Source of the DNA: a virus
IMG/VR virus record: IMGVR_UViG_3300023548_000002
Coordinates: 9,460 to 73,459 of that record
DNA: 64,000 nt
Strand: one strand, 5' to 3'
Shown here: piece by piece, positions 1 through 10,874 of the stretch
Numbering within the stretch: the stretch's first letter is position 1
Layout: the number at the start of each line of letters is the position of its first letter
Translations under genes and position numbers: made by a program
Notes under the pieces: generated by a model
Database searches by the model: none
Told to the model about the DNA's origin: nothing
Seen by the model: only the letters and a program-made list of their open reading frames with translations

Positions 1-20
1 CTTGCCTTTCCAATTGATAT

Positions 21-2327
21 TTACTTAATTTTGGCATAATATGGTGCTGTAAAATTAATTAAAGTTCCTAAGGAGGGTGCGTATGGGTCGAGAGTGGAGA
101 AGGTAAATACTTCATTCTCTGGAGAGTTTAATATAATTTCTCCATCTTTTATAGTGTACTTGCCTGGCATTATTGCATTTAATAATTCTATTGCAGTTTG
201 TATTACTAAATTCTGTTTGCTGTCTCCAGATAATTTTTCTTTTGTATCTTGCTGGGACTGAGAATAGTAACTCTCTACTTGTTGTTCGGCATTCTCTACA
301 ATAGAAAGAAACAACTTTCCTATAGTAACAGGAGTGTCATTTATTTCTAAATGATTGACATTTTCCTCATCAGCTACTAAATTAATTCTATAAATACTTC
401 CATACTCGATTGCTTTTTGCACAGGTGTAGATAATACATTACTTACTCTATCTATAACATAAGGGTTTTCTCCCTCAGAGTGAGTCAGTGTATATGCTAA
501 ATTAGCGGTAGTTCTCGCTGTTAGTGAATTATCTCCTTTAGTAATAGGTGGGAGTAACTGCTGTGTTGATTGTTCATTCAAGTATTGCCGTGCTTCTTCT
601 GGAGCTATATTATTAGCAACTGCTATCGTATATTCCTGTGGACTCCATGCGTTATTTATTTTAGCATCAGGATTAACTTTATACAGAGCAGTAGAACCAT
701 CCTTAAAAGTCAGCTTTAAGGCATCAAAGTTACTATAACTTTGGTAGGCAACTGCTTTTGCTTTATCCATATCTTGGATAAATTTTTGTATATAATCTGC
801 TTCGTTTATATCTTCATCTCTTGCACTCATATCTAAGAATTGTCCAGGGTCTCCCCCTATCATAGCCTGTTTAAACTTATCTACTTTATCTGTTAATATT
901 GTTTGTGTCCCTTGTACCCCCTCTCCACTTAAAATAAGTTTATTTATATCTTCTTCTACCTCAGAAGACTTCTTTCCTGTTTTATATGCTATAATATTTG
1001 ACGGGTCAGCGAATCTTTCCAAAAGTTCATCTGTTATCCAAGGGGAATTATAATCCTTTCCTCGATACTGTGCTTTTATATAAGCTTCAACTTCTTCTTT
1101 AGCTTTTCCCTCTGGAAATAGTTCAAGATACTCATTAATAGAAATTCCTTCTGAATAAACTCCGTAACCTGAAGACTCTATTCCTTGTTTTGCTCTTACA
1201 CTATTAATAGAATTGCGTAAGGTTGATTGGATATTTTTAATCGCAGTTAAAGTTGCATTATCTAATTTATATGTCTGCCCTACTTTTGTAAGTAAATGGG
1301 TTTCGGTGCGTATCGCAGCTTTATCTCCGTCCGCAGCTTTTCTATGTATTTCTTCTATATCATCTCCTACTGTTTTAGCCATATAAGTTACAGGTTGAGA
1401 CACAATCATATTTGGATTTCCCTTGAACCTGTTATTTCTACTTTCATCTTTATTTCTCTTCCAAAATCTTTGTTTAGTCTGCTTATTGCTATGTTCTAAA
1501 ATAGCAGCATTAAAATAACCTCCAAGAGTGTTATTTATGTATTTCTTTCTTACTTTCTCATCTTTATAAAATTCTTCTAACTCTCCGTTTCGATACGCTT
1601 TATATTTAGCTTCATTTATTATCTGGGTACCCTCAGGACTGTTTAATATAGCATCAGTAGCTTCTTGTAGAACTCCTTTTACTCGATTTGCACTTACTCC
1701 TTTATAATCTGTTACTGTCCAATCCCCTGTGAATGGGTCAACTCCAACCTTCCCTGTGTGTCCGTTTTCTTTTAGATTGTTTACATATTTTTCTATGGAT
1801 TTATAAACATCCATATTTTCCATTATAGCAGTATCATCCTTACTTACATAATTGGCAAAGAAATTGTTATTATTTTTTACATAAGCATTGAATTTCAAAT
1901 TAGCATCCAAGGCATTAGCTTCATTATATTTTCCTTTTTTGTTTAATTCGGCAATACGTTCAGTAAGTTCTGTATAGTTTTCATACCCTTTATCTATCAT
2001 TTTTAATACAGGGTCTTTTTTTATAGATTTCACAAGCTCCAATGCTTTTCTCTTACCTTCACTTCCTCCAAGAAAATTATCGAAAACATCATTCATTTTT
2101 TGCTCATACTCCTGTTCTTTCATTTTAAGAACTTTGGTGTCAAAATAAGGGGCAGCTTCTTTATCTAAAAAAGCCCCCTCATACTTATCTTGTAATGCTT
2201 TTTTTACTGTATCATGCTGTTTTTGTAATCTATCTGTCTTACCTTTGATAAATTCCAAAGGTAGAGGAACATAGGTAGATACATATTTCTGAGGAGTAGG
2301 ATTGTAAAATCTATTTATTTTAGCCAT
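21..2327 (-). CDS. putative internal virion (cargo/ejection) protein
   Basis: 768-aa helical ORF directly downstream of the first cargo protein, a position occupied by ejection proteins in crAss-like phages; no catalytic motif recognised. Confidence 0.5.
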   Translation of the reverse strand: MAKINRFYNPTPQKYVSTYVPLPLEFIKGKTDRLQKQHDTVKKALQDKYEGAFLDKEAAPYFDTKVLKMKEQEYEQKMNDVFDNFLGGSEGKRKALELVKSIKKDPVLKMIDKGYENYTELTERIAELNKKGKYNEANALDANLKFNAYVKNNNNFFANYVSKDDTAIMENMDVYKSIEKYVNNLKENGHTGKVGVDPFTGDWTVTDYKGVSANRVKGVLQEATDAILNSPEGTQIINEAKYKAYRNGELEEFYKDEKVRKKYINNTLGGYFNAAILEHSNKQTKQRFWKRNKDESRNNRFKGNPNMIVSQPVTYMAKTVGDDIEEIHRKAADGDKAAIRTETHLLTKVGQTYKLDNATLTAIKNIQSTLRNSINSVRAKQGIESSGYGVYSEGISINEYLELFPEGKAKEEVEAYIKAQYRGKDYNSPWITDELLERFADPSNIIAYKTGKKSSEVEEDINKLILSGEGVQGTQTILTDKVDKFKQAMIGGDPGQFLDMSARDEDINEADYIQKFIQDMDKAKAVAYQSYSNFDALKLTFKDGSTALYKVNPDAKINNAWSPQEYTIAVANNIAPEEARQYLNEQSTQQLLPPITKGDNSLTARTTANLAYTLTHSEGENPYVIDRVSNVLSTPVQKAIEYGSIYRINLVADEENVNHLEINDTPVTIGKLFLSIVENAEQQVESYYSQSQQDTKEKLSGDSKQNLVIQTAIELLNAIMPGKYTIKDGEIILNSPENEVFTFSTLDPYAPSLGTLINFTAPYYAKIK

Positions 2328-2329
2328 AG

Positions 2330-5300
2330 TTAATCTGTTATTTCTTTAAGATTTCCTTCAGAATCTTTAAAGTACCACTTATCATCTTTAAATACTATAT
2401 TATCAGTTCCAATATGGTCTAATATCCATTTATCCTTTTTTGATTGTCTTATGTCTTTTATTTGCGACGCTAAATTCTGTCCGATATTAGAAAGAGCTTG
2501 ACTCATTACATTAAACCTTTGTGCTTCATTCTGTTGGTTGATTATATCAGCTTGCATTTGGTATTGTATATTAGCCTGTTGTGCTGCATTTCTTAATTGA
2601 GTATTGGTATTATTTTCTTGCATATTTAAATCAGCTAATGCTTTTCCTTTATTTTCTGCAAGATTTACAGCAGTAGCATTTAGATTAGCTAATGCTTGCC
2701 CTGATGTAGTTGCATTTCTTCGGATGTTTTCCTTAGCCTTACGTTCTTGTTCGGCATAGGTTTTATTGATATTATTTCTTGCAGCATTATAGTTTAACAT
2801 CTCTGGGGTAAACTGAGGAGCTTGATATGTTTCTGCCTTATTTAATCCCTGAGATAAATTATATATATTTCCTATATTTTGTAGTATTCCTTCATACAAA
2901 CTCTGTAGTTTGGGGTCTTTTATTTTCTTTTTCTGATTTTCTTGGTTTGAGTCATCTTGCGTTGATGATTCATTTGATGACTCAGATGATTCGTTTGATG
3001 AATTAAGTAAAGAAACATAATTACTATAATCATTTGAAGATGCCTCTCCTGTTGATACCATAGGGTGTTGAGATAGATAAGTATTTATCTGATTCAGCAT
3101 ATTATCCCCCGAATGGGTGAATACAGAAGAATCATCTACATTAACGGGAGTTTCTGTTGATTGTTCTTGGCTGGCATTATTATACTGTTGATACGCCTGT
3201 AATAAATCAAATAAATAACCACCCCCGTCAAATTTTTTTTCTGGAAAAGCTTGATTCATTTTGATAATTTCGTCTGAAGAATACAGCTCCCCACCTTTAC
3301 GTCCATGAGTCCATTTGTAATTTAAATGTCGGGGTCCTATATATTGTTTAGAAAAGTCTATTGCTCCTTCTATATCTCCATATAAAGTATCATCTTTCCC
3401 AGTAAAGACTGTACGATGTAATCCATATAATTTTCTTCCTGTATCCCAATAATTTTGTGCGTCTTCCTTTCCTAATACATTTGGCAAATCCTTTGGACTT
3501 ATCTTAAAATCCTTAGGAACTTCCTCACCACTCTTAAATCCATAATAGTCTAAAATTCTCTTTTGGTAGGAGTCCATTCTTCGAGATGCTTCTCTATAAA
3601 AATCTCGAATTTCTTTTGGTAACACTATACGTTTTTCGCCATCTTTGGTAACAAATTCTTTCACTTCCAAATTCTCAGGAAGTCCATATAATTTTAAAAC
3701 TTCTTTGTCAATTTTAAGTGTAGATGGTTGAATATCACTCCCCATATTAGGAGGAGATTTATATACAACTTTTTCCCCTTTATTTACTATTGTACCTGCG
3801 CCACCTATTCCTACAGTAGTTCGTTCTTCTGGTGAAGTCTCTTCCATTCTTTTTAGTGCTTCCTCCTTATCTAAAGCTTTCGGATGAATAATGTTACTCT
3901 GTCCATCAGACTCTTCCTGAGGAGAAATTTGGGAAGTAGTATTTTCTTGGATATTAGTAGGTTGTTCTTGTTCAGGTTCTACAGTAGGTTGCTCTTGCGT
4001 AGGTCGAGATGAAGAAGGCTGATATATTAGTGTAGCATATTGTTTGTTATCAATAAATTTCCCTCTACGAAGAAGATCAGCTATCTTCTTTATATCATTT
4101 CCTAAAGGAGTAAAATTATTTGTTGGGTCTTTAAGATAAAGCTTACCATCAATATTTACTATTTTTCCTTTAGCAGTTTCTAACCCTTGTTCTACCATAT
4201 TGTGTAGGAGTGTTTGTCCTACGTTTGCGGTTTTCTTCTTTTCTTCTTCTTCTCCATCAACAGGTCCTCCTTCTGCCTTTTTCCATTTAGCAGCGTTTCG
4301 TGCAAAGTTTGCTTTCTTCACCATAATTGGTGAAAATTTATTTTTATTCTTAAGAACATAGTCAGCAAATTCTTGCACTTCCATACTATGTTTCATAGCA
4401 GCAGCAGTAAATGTTCCTTTCTTGCTTGGGGAGATATTAATATTTAATTTACCTCCCTTAGAATAGTTATCAATTAGTTCTCCCCCCATTTCCATTTGTA
4501 ACTTGGTCTCAAAAATATCTTTAAGTATTTCATCAGTAGAAGTGTTTCTACGCAGAGCTTCACGTTTTAATCGACCAAATATTTTAGGGTTAGCAATTAA
4601 ATTACCTCCTTCAGCCCTCTGTACTGAGTTTATCAACTCTTTCCCATATTTTTTAGAGAGTTCTTCTTTTTGTTTAATAATCTCCTGAATTTGAGCTAAT
4701 TCAGCTAACTCCTCTTCTTTAGCTTTTGTATCATACGGGTCATTCTCCCGTTGAGAATACTTCCTTTCTATTTCTTTAGATACTTGAGCAAATGTTTTCT
4801 TAGTTCCTGGAACTTTTATTCTATCAGAATAAACAAACCCATTTTTAGCAGTCTCTCCTCCTTCTACTTCTGTATTAGAGTTTTGTAAAGGAACTCCCCC
4901 TTCTTCGTGTCGTGGTCCTTTAAATTCAGTAAGTTCTTGTTGTGAAGTTTCTCCAAGTTCCCCTCCTTCTGCTTTAGCTTCTTTATTTTCTTTATTTCCA
5001 GTAGAGGTAGATGGTTTTATAGACCCATACATAGATGCTCCTGCTTCTGCTAATTCATATAATGTATCAGCCGTCTGTGCAGCTCTTTGTGCTTTATCAA
5101 GTTCTGATATTAACTCTTCATCTCCTTTATATCCCCCCTTTACTCCTTCTTTAGCATTTCGTACTTGTATAAACTTAGTTAATTCTTGGTCTCTTTGAAT
5201 AGCTGCTGCTTTTTGTTCAGCTTTTCCATCAAAATAACCCTTAGCTCCACCTATAACTGTCCCTGCTATAGCTCCAAATGGTGGAGCTATTGCTGCACCA

Positions 5301-5482
5301 GCTGCTGCTCCCATTGCAGCATTTTTAGCGATACTTCCTCCCATACTCATTTCAGTCTCACTCTCATTTCTCTCTTCAGTCGCATTTTCATTTCTCTCTT
5401 CAGTCTTTTCTTGCTCTAATTGTTTGGAAAGAAGTTTAGTTATATTCTGTAATTCTTTTAAAATTTTATCGGACTTAGTCAT
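2330..5482 (-). CDS. virion cargo protein with Gly-zipper TM segment and repeated xxxGG motifs
   Basis: 1050 aa; GAAAGAAIAPPFGAIAGTVIGG hydrophobic zipper; GPRHEEGGV..EVEGGE..VYSDR block typical of crAss-like cargo proteins; Gln/Asn/Ala-rich coiled C-terminus; follows the muzzle gene. Confidence 0.6.
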   Translation of the reverse strand: MTKSDKILKELQNITKLLSKQLEQEKTEERNENATEERNESETEMSMGGSIAKNAAMGAAAGAAIAPPFGAIAGTVIGGAKGYFDGKAEQKAAAIQRDQELTKFIQVRNAKEGVKGGYKGDEELISELDKAQRAAQTADTLYELAEAGASMYGSIKPSTSTGNKENKEAKAEGGELGETSQQELTEFKGPRHEEGGVPLQNSNTEVEGGETAKNGFVYSDRIKVPGTKKTFAQVSKEIERKYSQRENDPYDTKAKEEELAELAQIQEIIKQKEELSKKYGKELINSVQRAEGGNLIANPKIFGRLKREALRRNTSTDEILKDIFETKLQMEMGGELIDNYSKGGKLNINISPSKKGTFTAAAMKHSMEVQEFADYVLKNKNKFSPIMVKKANFARNAAKWKKAEGGPVDGEEEEKKKTANVGQTLLHNMVEQGLETAKGKIVNIDGKLYLKDPTNNFTPLGNDIKKIADLLRRGKFIDNKQYATLIYQPSSSRPTQEQPTVEPEQEQPTNIQENTTSQISPQEESDGQSNIIHPKALDKEEALKRMEETSPEERTTVGIGGAGTIVNKGEKVVYKSPPNMGSDIQPSTLKIDKEVLKLYGLPENLEVKEFVTKDGEKRIVLPKEIRDFYREASRRMDSYQKRILDYYGFKSGEEVPKDFKISPKDLPNVLGKEDAQNYWDTGRKLYGLHRTVFTGKDDTLYGDIEGAIDFSKQYIGPRHLNYKWTHGRKGGELYSSDEIIKMNQAFPEKKFDGGGYLFDLLQAYQQYNNASQEQSTETPVNVDDSSVFTHSGDNMLNQINTYLSQHPMVSTGEASSNDYSNYVSLLNSSNESSESSNESSTQDDSNQENQKKKIKDPKLQSLYEGILQNIGNIYNLSQGLNKAETYQAPQFTPEMLNYNAARNNINKTYAEQERKAKENIRRNATTSGQALANLNATAVNLAENKGKALADLNMQENNTNTQLRNAAQQANIQYQMQADIINQQNEAQRFNVMSQALSNIGQNLASQIKDIRQSKKDKWILDHIGTDNIVFKDDKWYFKDSEGNLKEITD

Positions 5483-5541
5483 AACGGTAAATTTACTTAA
5501 TGTTTTCTATATGTTTATATATGTATATTTATAGCATATTA

Positions 5542-8500
5542 TTAATATTGTGATAATCTGTAACTAACGGTTATTGGATGTAATACGCATCGTTTGTTTC
5601 CATTGTTATTATATTCTAATGTAATATCACAATAAGGTCCTCTCATTCTTGGGGAAGATGATTGTGCATCCCTCGGTATGATAGTATATAATCCTCTCAT
5701 TTTTCTACGTATATTCCCTCCTAAAGTCAATAACACTCTCCCTGAATTTTGATACTCATTCTCTGCTTGAATATAGTTAAATGTTTCCTGTAACAAAGTT
5801 GATGACGGGTCATATATTTCATTTTTAAACTCTATTGCATCAAATACTTTTGTGTAAGTGCTGTTTGGGGATAATCTTAGTGTTACTAAGGAGCGATAAG
5901 TTTCTCCAAAGAAAGTAGCTTTATCCCCTTTATTACTTAAATATACTTCTGGGTTTGTATTATTTATTGCAATAAAATTTCCATTTACATCTATGTAAAG
6001 AGCCCCGCTTAAATTACAATAAGTCTCTAAGCTATTTAATTCTTCATTAAATACTTGTGTATAATCAAAACTACTGGGGTCTTTTACTTGCTTTCCTGTT
6101 AAAGTAGCATCACGTAAATCTATATCACCTTCTGACCCTAAATAAGTCATATAAATTCTATTTCTTCCTAAATCTCTTACAGCATATATTCCTATTCCAC
6201 TTAACGGGTCTTCAGTTTCTATAATAGCTCCTGTAAGTATTTTTCTAATATCAGAACTAAAATACATATTATCACTTAAAGCAAATACTCCTTGTCCGTT
6301 AAAGACACACCATTTTTTGTTTAGTGCATCAATGAAATGTAATCCCCCTGCTCCTTCTACTACTGAGAATTTATGTAAAGTTCCATACTGTGTAGAGAGA
6401 TACTGATAACCACCCAGAATATCTCCTGTTCCAGTTACTAATCCAATATTATTGTTATCGTTAATAATAGTTTGCTCTGCTACAAATAATCTCCCTATCC
6501 CTTGTCTTTGAAGATATACAACAGTATCGTTAATTGTTCTTAGTGCATTTATTTCCCCATAGTTACCATCTACTTCCAAATAGTCATTAAAATTAAAATT
6601 ACGCCAATTATCTAATAATTCTCCATCTAATTTACGTTGAGATACCCATACCCTATGGGGGTGAATTTCTGTATTGTTATCAATAAAGTCCTTAGTGAAA
6701 TAAGGGTATAAACTTGTTCTTTTAGCTACTCCAGGAGGTAGCTTTCTTGTAGCCAGATTTTGAAGACGTAATAAATCATCCCAAGCTCCGCCACTTCCTA
6801 AAATATTTAAACGGGTTTTATAGTATTCATTCCCATAATAAGTTGCACTCTCAGGGTTTCCGTAAGGCATCGCAAAATTTACCGATGACTCCACAGGACA
6901 CAAAACTCCTACACTTATTGCACCTTGTGTCACTGGGTTTGTTCCCTCTTCTGCTGTGGGATTACAGCTAACTAAATGATGTGCTAATTCCCCTATATAA
7001 GTGTCTCCTCCATAAACATCAGTAGTTATTATATTAGATGAACTACTATTAACAGGAATATACCAATTGGTTGATTTGTACTTATTTTTTGAGCGTGCCT
7101 CATAATAACTTCCCCCATATTGAGTCTTTTGTTTTTTTATATATGACACTATCGGGGCTTCTCCTGCTTGTAGAGATATATTAGAACTTAATTGAAACCA
7201 ATAATTATACCCTCCTAATCCAGGGTGATAAGAATCAGGGTATTCGCCAATACTATTTACATATCTCCCTGTAGAATCCAGTTTAGAGTCAAGCGGAGAG
7301 AGTAATCCTCCCTTTTTTATATTATATCTATTTCCAATATAAGGTGAAGAATTTGCAATAGGATTGCCATAATATAATATTTCAGTAGCCCATTGATATG
7401 AGTTCAATGCAGTAGTATTATTTATTGGAATATAATTTCCTAACCCTTGTATATTACAGGACTGAATGTGTTTTATTTTATCAGTAGATTTAGAGCTTAA
7501 AGGATTAGCAGGGTACCCTAATGTTCCTCCGAAAACAAAATTCCTTCTACTAATCGCACCACCAGATTGAAATCCTCCTGGAATTAAGTAATAGTTACTT
7601 GAATTATCAATAGGAGGAAATTTTCCAATGGGTATTGGAAAATTAATAAAACTTTTCCCAAAGAGAATAAGTGGAGCACTCCCTAATCTTGTTTGATTTT
7701 TTAAATCTCTTTTTACATAAACAAATTCAAATCCTTGAATCTCCGTTTTAATGGAACTAATGTCCACAGTGAATTGTATCCCTATATTTCTTCCTACTAA
7801 TGTATTAGAACTATCAATATCAGATAACCACAAGGTATTTCCGTAAGAATCTTTTTCATATCTTTCAGGGAATTTTATATCTCCTATCCACTTCACGTAG
7901 GATTTATTTCCTTTTTTATCTGTAAAGACTATTCCAAATCGATAAACTTCTCCTGCTGTATATCCTGTTAAATAAGTAGTGAATATAAAGTTTTTAAAGT
8001 TAAAAGGAAATCCCGATGTCTTCAAAGTTTTTCCATTAAAGTTGCTCCAATCTCCTACATCGTTTGCGTGCTGTGAATTATAAATACCAGAATTATCAAC
8101 AAGTGCTCCTGCTTTGGAACGTAACTGTATTGGTGTGGAAATAAACTGATATGATACATTTGGTCCATCTCCTCCCAATGTTACTCCATCTGCTCGATAT
8201 TTGTAAGCATTAGCTCCATTTTCTGTCCATCCTGGCTCATACTCGTAGTTATATGGATTGAGTGCGTCTAACGTCTCGTCAGTAGGATACGAAGGAGCTA
8301 CTCCTTGTATTATAGCTTCTACTTGAGTTAATCCCCGTTTATATATTTTACATACTCTATTGGAGTTAAATCGGTAAGCTCGAGCATCAAAATCTATATC
8401 AAATCTTTTAGATTTTGTATTGCCTACTAACAAATGTCCTTTACGAGTAGTTATTGTCTTACATACAGTAAAGGGTTCTGTAAGTTTAGTTAGTTCATCG

Positions 8501-9690
8501 GAAGGTAGAATAGTTGTATCTTCACTTCCTGTATGGGTTAATGACAGTATTCCGTCGGAAGGAATATTTGCTTCATAAAATTTATATGCAGTATAATTAG
8601 ATTCACTTTTGTATTTTACAGCAATTACTTCAATAACATCATAGCTGGTATCTATATCTTCAATAGAAATAGATATTGCTTTATTATATAATGAGCCTGA
8701 ACTTCTCCCTCTCCCTGATGTTTGAGCATAAGGAGTGTTTTTATCATAACTTCCTATAGGTATTATTGCTGAACCTGGGGAAAATACTGAATATTTCCCT
8801 GCAGTATCTAATAGACGATAAAAGAACTGATAAGAACATCCTTCTTCTAATGTCCCTGAATCACTTACTCCTGTAATGAATGGTTGGGAAACTTTGAAGT
8901 CTTGGGTAACTCCAAGGTGTTCTGCGTTTTTTAGTAAAAGGTCTTTTTCAAAAAGATTTATTGCCCGAAATTCATTGAAATTATCTGTAAAATAACATCC
9001 TAAAGTAATATCACTCTCATTTCTTAATACTATCTCATTACCAATAGGGTTTTTAGTATTTAAATTCATCTTACTTATGTGAATAAGATGGGTATCTAAA
9101 TCTAATTTACCTCCTACTAATCCTTGTATAGTATCATTAGTGCTATCGTATTTACATAGCCATATCTGTCCTGCTCCTACTACATTGGGGTCAGTGTTAT
9201 TGGTGGTAAAAAGGACAATGTAGTTATCTACACTTTTTCCTCCAATTAACTTTAATCCTGTTTGTTTTGGTATAGAAATTTTTGCTATAGCATTGCTTCC
9301 ACTATTTACTGTTAGTGTGTCATCTATATCTAAAAAGCGTATTACAGGGTAGTCAATAAGATATTTTATTCGTGGGTAACTTATTAAAAATGCTTCTAAA
9401 TTGGCAATAAATTCTTCCAAGTTATTACCACTAATAGAAGTAGATGCCCCACTAATTACTAAGGAAATGGAATAAGGAGCCTCTTCTGCTAAGGATACTT
9501 CATATACATTTGGAATATCGGGAAAAGAGAATAGAACTTTGTTTCCGTCCATATTCTCTAATACGCCAAACTCTTGATTTTTCTTACTACTAACGACAAA
9601 GTTCACATTACGATACATTGTATCTTTGCCACTAAAGTCGTAAGCTAAGTCTCTTTTTACTCCACCTGTATATTGTTTAACCTCTTTCAT
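5542..9690 (-). CDS. tail stabilisation/muzzle protein (P22 gp10-like)
   Basis: 1382 aa beta-rich; YFTDNFNEFRAINL, GEVYRFGIVF..WIGDIKFP and YGGDTYI motifs; size and synteny match the crAss-like muzzle. Confidence 0.75.
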   Translation of the reverse strand: MKEVKQYTGGVKRDLAYDFSGKDTMYRNVNFVVSSKKNQEFGVLENMDGNKVLFSFPDIPNVYEVSLAEEAPYSISLVISGASTSISGNNLEEFIANLEAFLISYPRIKYLIDYPVIRFLDIDDTLTVNSGSNAIAKISIPKQTGLKLIGGKSVDNYIVLFTTNNTDPNVVGAGQIWLCKYDSTNDTIQGLVGGKLDLDTHLIHISKMNLNTKNPIGNEIVLRNESDITLGCYFTDNFNEFRAINLFEKDLLLKNAEHLGVTQDFKVSQPFITGVSDSGTLEEGCSYQFFYRLLDTAGKYSVFSPGSAIIPIGSYDKNTPYAQTSGRGRSSGSLYNKAISISIEDIDTSYDVIEVIAVKYKSESNYTAYKFYEANIPSDGILSLTHTGSEDTTILPSDELTKLTEPFTVCKTITTRKGHLLVGNTKSKRFDIDFDARAYRFNSNRVCKIYKRGLTQVEAIIQGVAPSYPTDETLDALNPYNYEYEPGWTENGANAYKYRADGVTLGGDGPNVSYQFISTPIQLRSKAGALVDNSGIYNSQHANDVGDWSNFNGKTLKTSGFPFNFKNFIFTTYLTGYTAGEVYRFGIVFTDKKGNKSYVKWIGDIKFPERYEKDSYGNTLWLSDIDSSNTLVGRNIGIQFTVDISSIKTEIQGFEFVYVKRDLKNQTRLGSAPLILFGKSFINFPIPIGKFPPIDNSSNYYLIPGGFQSGGAISRRNFVFGGTLGYPANPLSSKSTDKIKHIQSCNIQGLGNYIPINNTTALNSYQWATEILYYGNPIANSSPYIGNRYNIKKGGLLSPLDSKLDSTGRYVNSIGEYPDSYHPGLGGYNYWFQLSSNISLQAGEAPIVSYIKKQKTQYGGSYYEARSKNKYKSTNWYIPVNSSSSNIITTDVYGGDTYIGELAHHLVSCNPTAEEGTNPVTQGAISVGVLCPVESSVNFAMPYGNPESATYYGNEYYKTRLNILGSGGAWDDLLRLQNLATRKLPPGVAKRTSLYPYFTKDFIDNNTEIHPHRVWVSQRKLDGELLDNWRNFNFNDYLEVDGNYGEINALRTINDTVVYLQRQGIGRLFVAEQTIINDNNNIGLVTGTGDILGGYQYLSTQYGTLHKFSVVEGAGGLHFIDALNKKWCVFNGQGVFALSDNMYFSSDIRKILTGAIIETEDPLSGIGIYAVRDLGRNRIYMTYLGSEGDIDLRDATLTGKQVKDPSSFDYTQVFNEELNSLETYCNLSGALYIDVNGNFIAINNTNPEVYLSNKGDKATFFGETYRSLVTLRLSPNSTYTKVFDAIEFKNEIYDPSSTLLQETFNYIQAENEYQNSGRVLLTLGGNIRRKMRGLYTIIPRDAQSSSPRMRGPYCDITLEYNNNGNKRCVLHPITVSYRLSQY

Positions 9691-10405
9691 TTGTTCTTCT
9701 TATTCTTTCTTGGTTATTTGATGAAATAAATCGTGTATTATGTTGGTATTGGTCTAATATCATCTTATGGAAGATATTTTTCCAGCTTTCAAACTCGTCA
9801 TAATTTGGCATACGTATTGCCGTGTCAGCCGCCCCCATATACCAACTTCTTTCTTGTTGTAATAGTCCATATCTTCCACCATCAATTTTTCCTAACATAA
9901 GTAGTTTAAACCCAATTCTCTCTTGTATATATGAAGTAATTGCCTGTATTACTTTAACGTTGTCAGGAATCATAGGTAACCCGTCGTCATCAGTCATTAT
10001 AGTTGTTCCCTTTATTACTACTTCTCCCTCTTTAAATGATGTATGGATATATCCATTCGTAAGCTTGTAGGATGCTTGACCACTTTGTCTCTTTTGTATG
10101 TCGCTTTGAAAAGCTACATCTGTTGAAGTAATCATGGGAATAAGAGTATCTCCATATTTTCTAAATACACTTTGTAAATGAATAATACTACAGGGAAGTT
10201 TCCCTCGATTATTTTTTATTTTTACCACAGGTAAGTCTTCTCCATCAGTAATAAAGTCTCTGAACAATCCTGGTGCCCCAATAAGTTCTAAAGCTTCCCC
10301 TGCCCAAGATACTACAGAGTCAATATCAATATCTTTTTCAAAAGGGAAATCTCTATAAACTTTATCAATAATCTGATTGATTGATATGTAATTATGTTTA
10401 TTCAT
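9677..10405 (-). CDS. tail tubular/ring protein
   Basis: YIHTSFKEGEV..DDDGLPMIPDN motif; lies between IHF-like and muzzle genes; start placed at the ATG overlapping the upstream gene end. Confidence 0.65.
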   Translation of the reverse strand: MNKHNYISINQIIDKVYRDFPFEKDIDIDSVVSWAGEALELIGAPGLFRDFITDGEDLPVVKIKNNRGKLPCSIIHLQSVFRKYGDTLIPMITSTDVAFQSDIQKRQSGQASYKLTNGYIHTSFKEGEVVIKGTTIMTDDDGLPMIPDNVKVIQAITSYIQERIGFKLLMLGKIDGGRYGLLQQERSWYMGAADTAIRMPNYDEFESWKNIFHKMILDQYQHNTRFISSNNQERIRRTNERG

Positions 10406-10874
10406 TTCTGTAAGGATTTTCAAAATAAAATACTTCATCACTATTCCGCATAATGTGTGCTAATTTAGCTCTATTTGGTTTAGTGGTCTTAAAATAGAAA
10501 TATCGTTGGTTTTTTACCGTACATGTTTTTTTATCCCACATAAAACTTGCAATATACTTGTTAGTATGGAAAATAAGTTTTTTATTTATTAGAGCTGTAT
10601 CGGATTTTTTCCACAACTCTTTAGTTGCTTTCCAATCTACAGGCATACCATAAGTTACTAAGTTCCCCTCATCATCTATTTTTATTTTATTTTTTCTTAT
10701 ATAAACACACATTACTCCTAATCCGAAAGGTAATTTTAAATGAAAATTCTCGTAATAGATTAAGTCTAATAAAGACTTATTTATTGCTCCTATTACTTTA
10801 CTAAATTCCCAACGATTGAGTGTTCCCTTCTCTTCTTTATATACTTTGTATATGTCGTCTAAACCATAATTCAT
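10398..10874 (-). CDS. IHF/HU-like protein (crAss-type)
   Basis: LKLPFGLG..VDWKATKELW..FHTN..FMWDK motifs; conserved position in the tail module. Confidence 0.65.
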   Translation of the reverse strand: MNYGLDDIYKVYKEEKGTLNRWEFSKVIGAINKSLLDLIYYENFHLKLPFGLGVMCVYIRKNKIKIDDEGNLVTYGMPVDWKATKELWKKSDTALINKKLIFHTNKYIASFMWDKKTCTVKNQRYFYFKTTKPNRAKLAHIMRNSDEVFYFENPYRNE

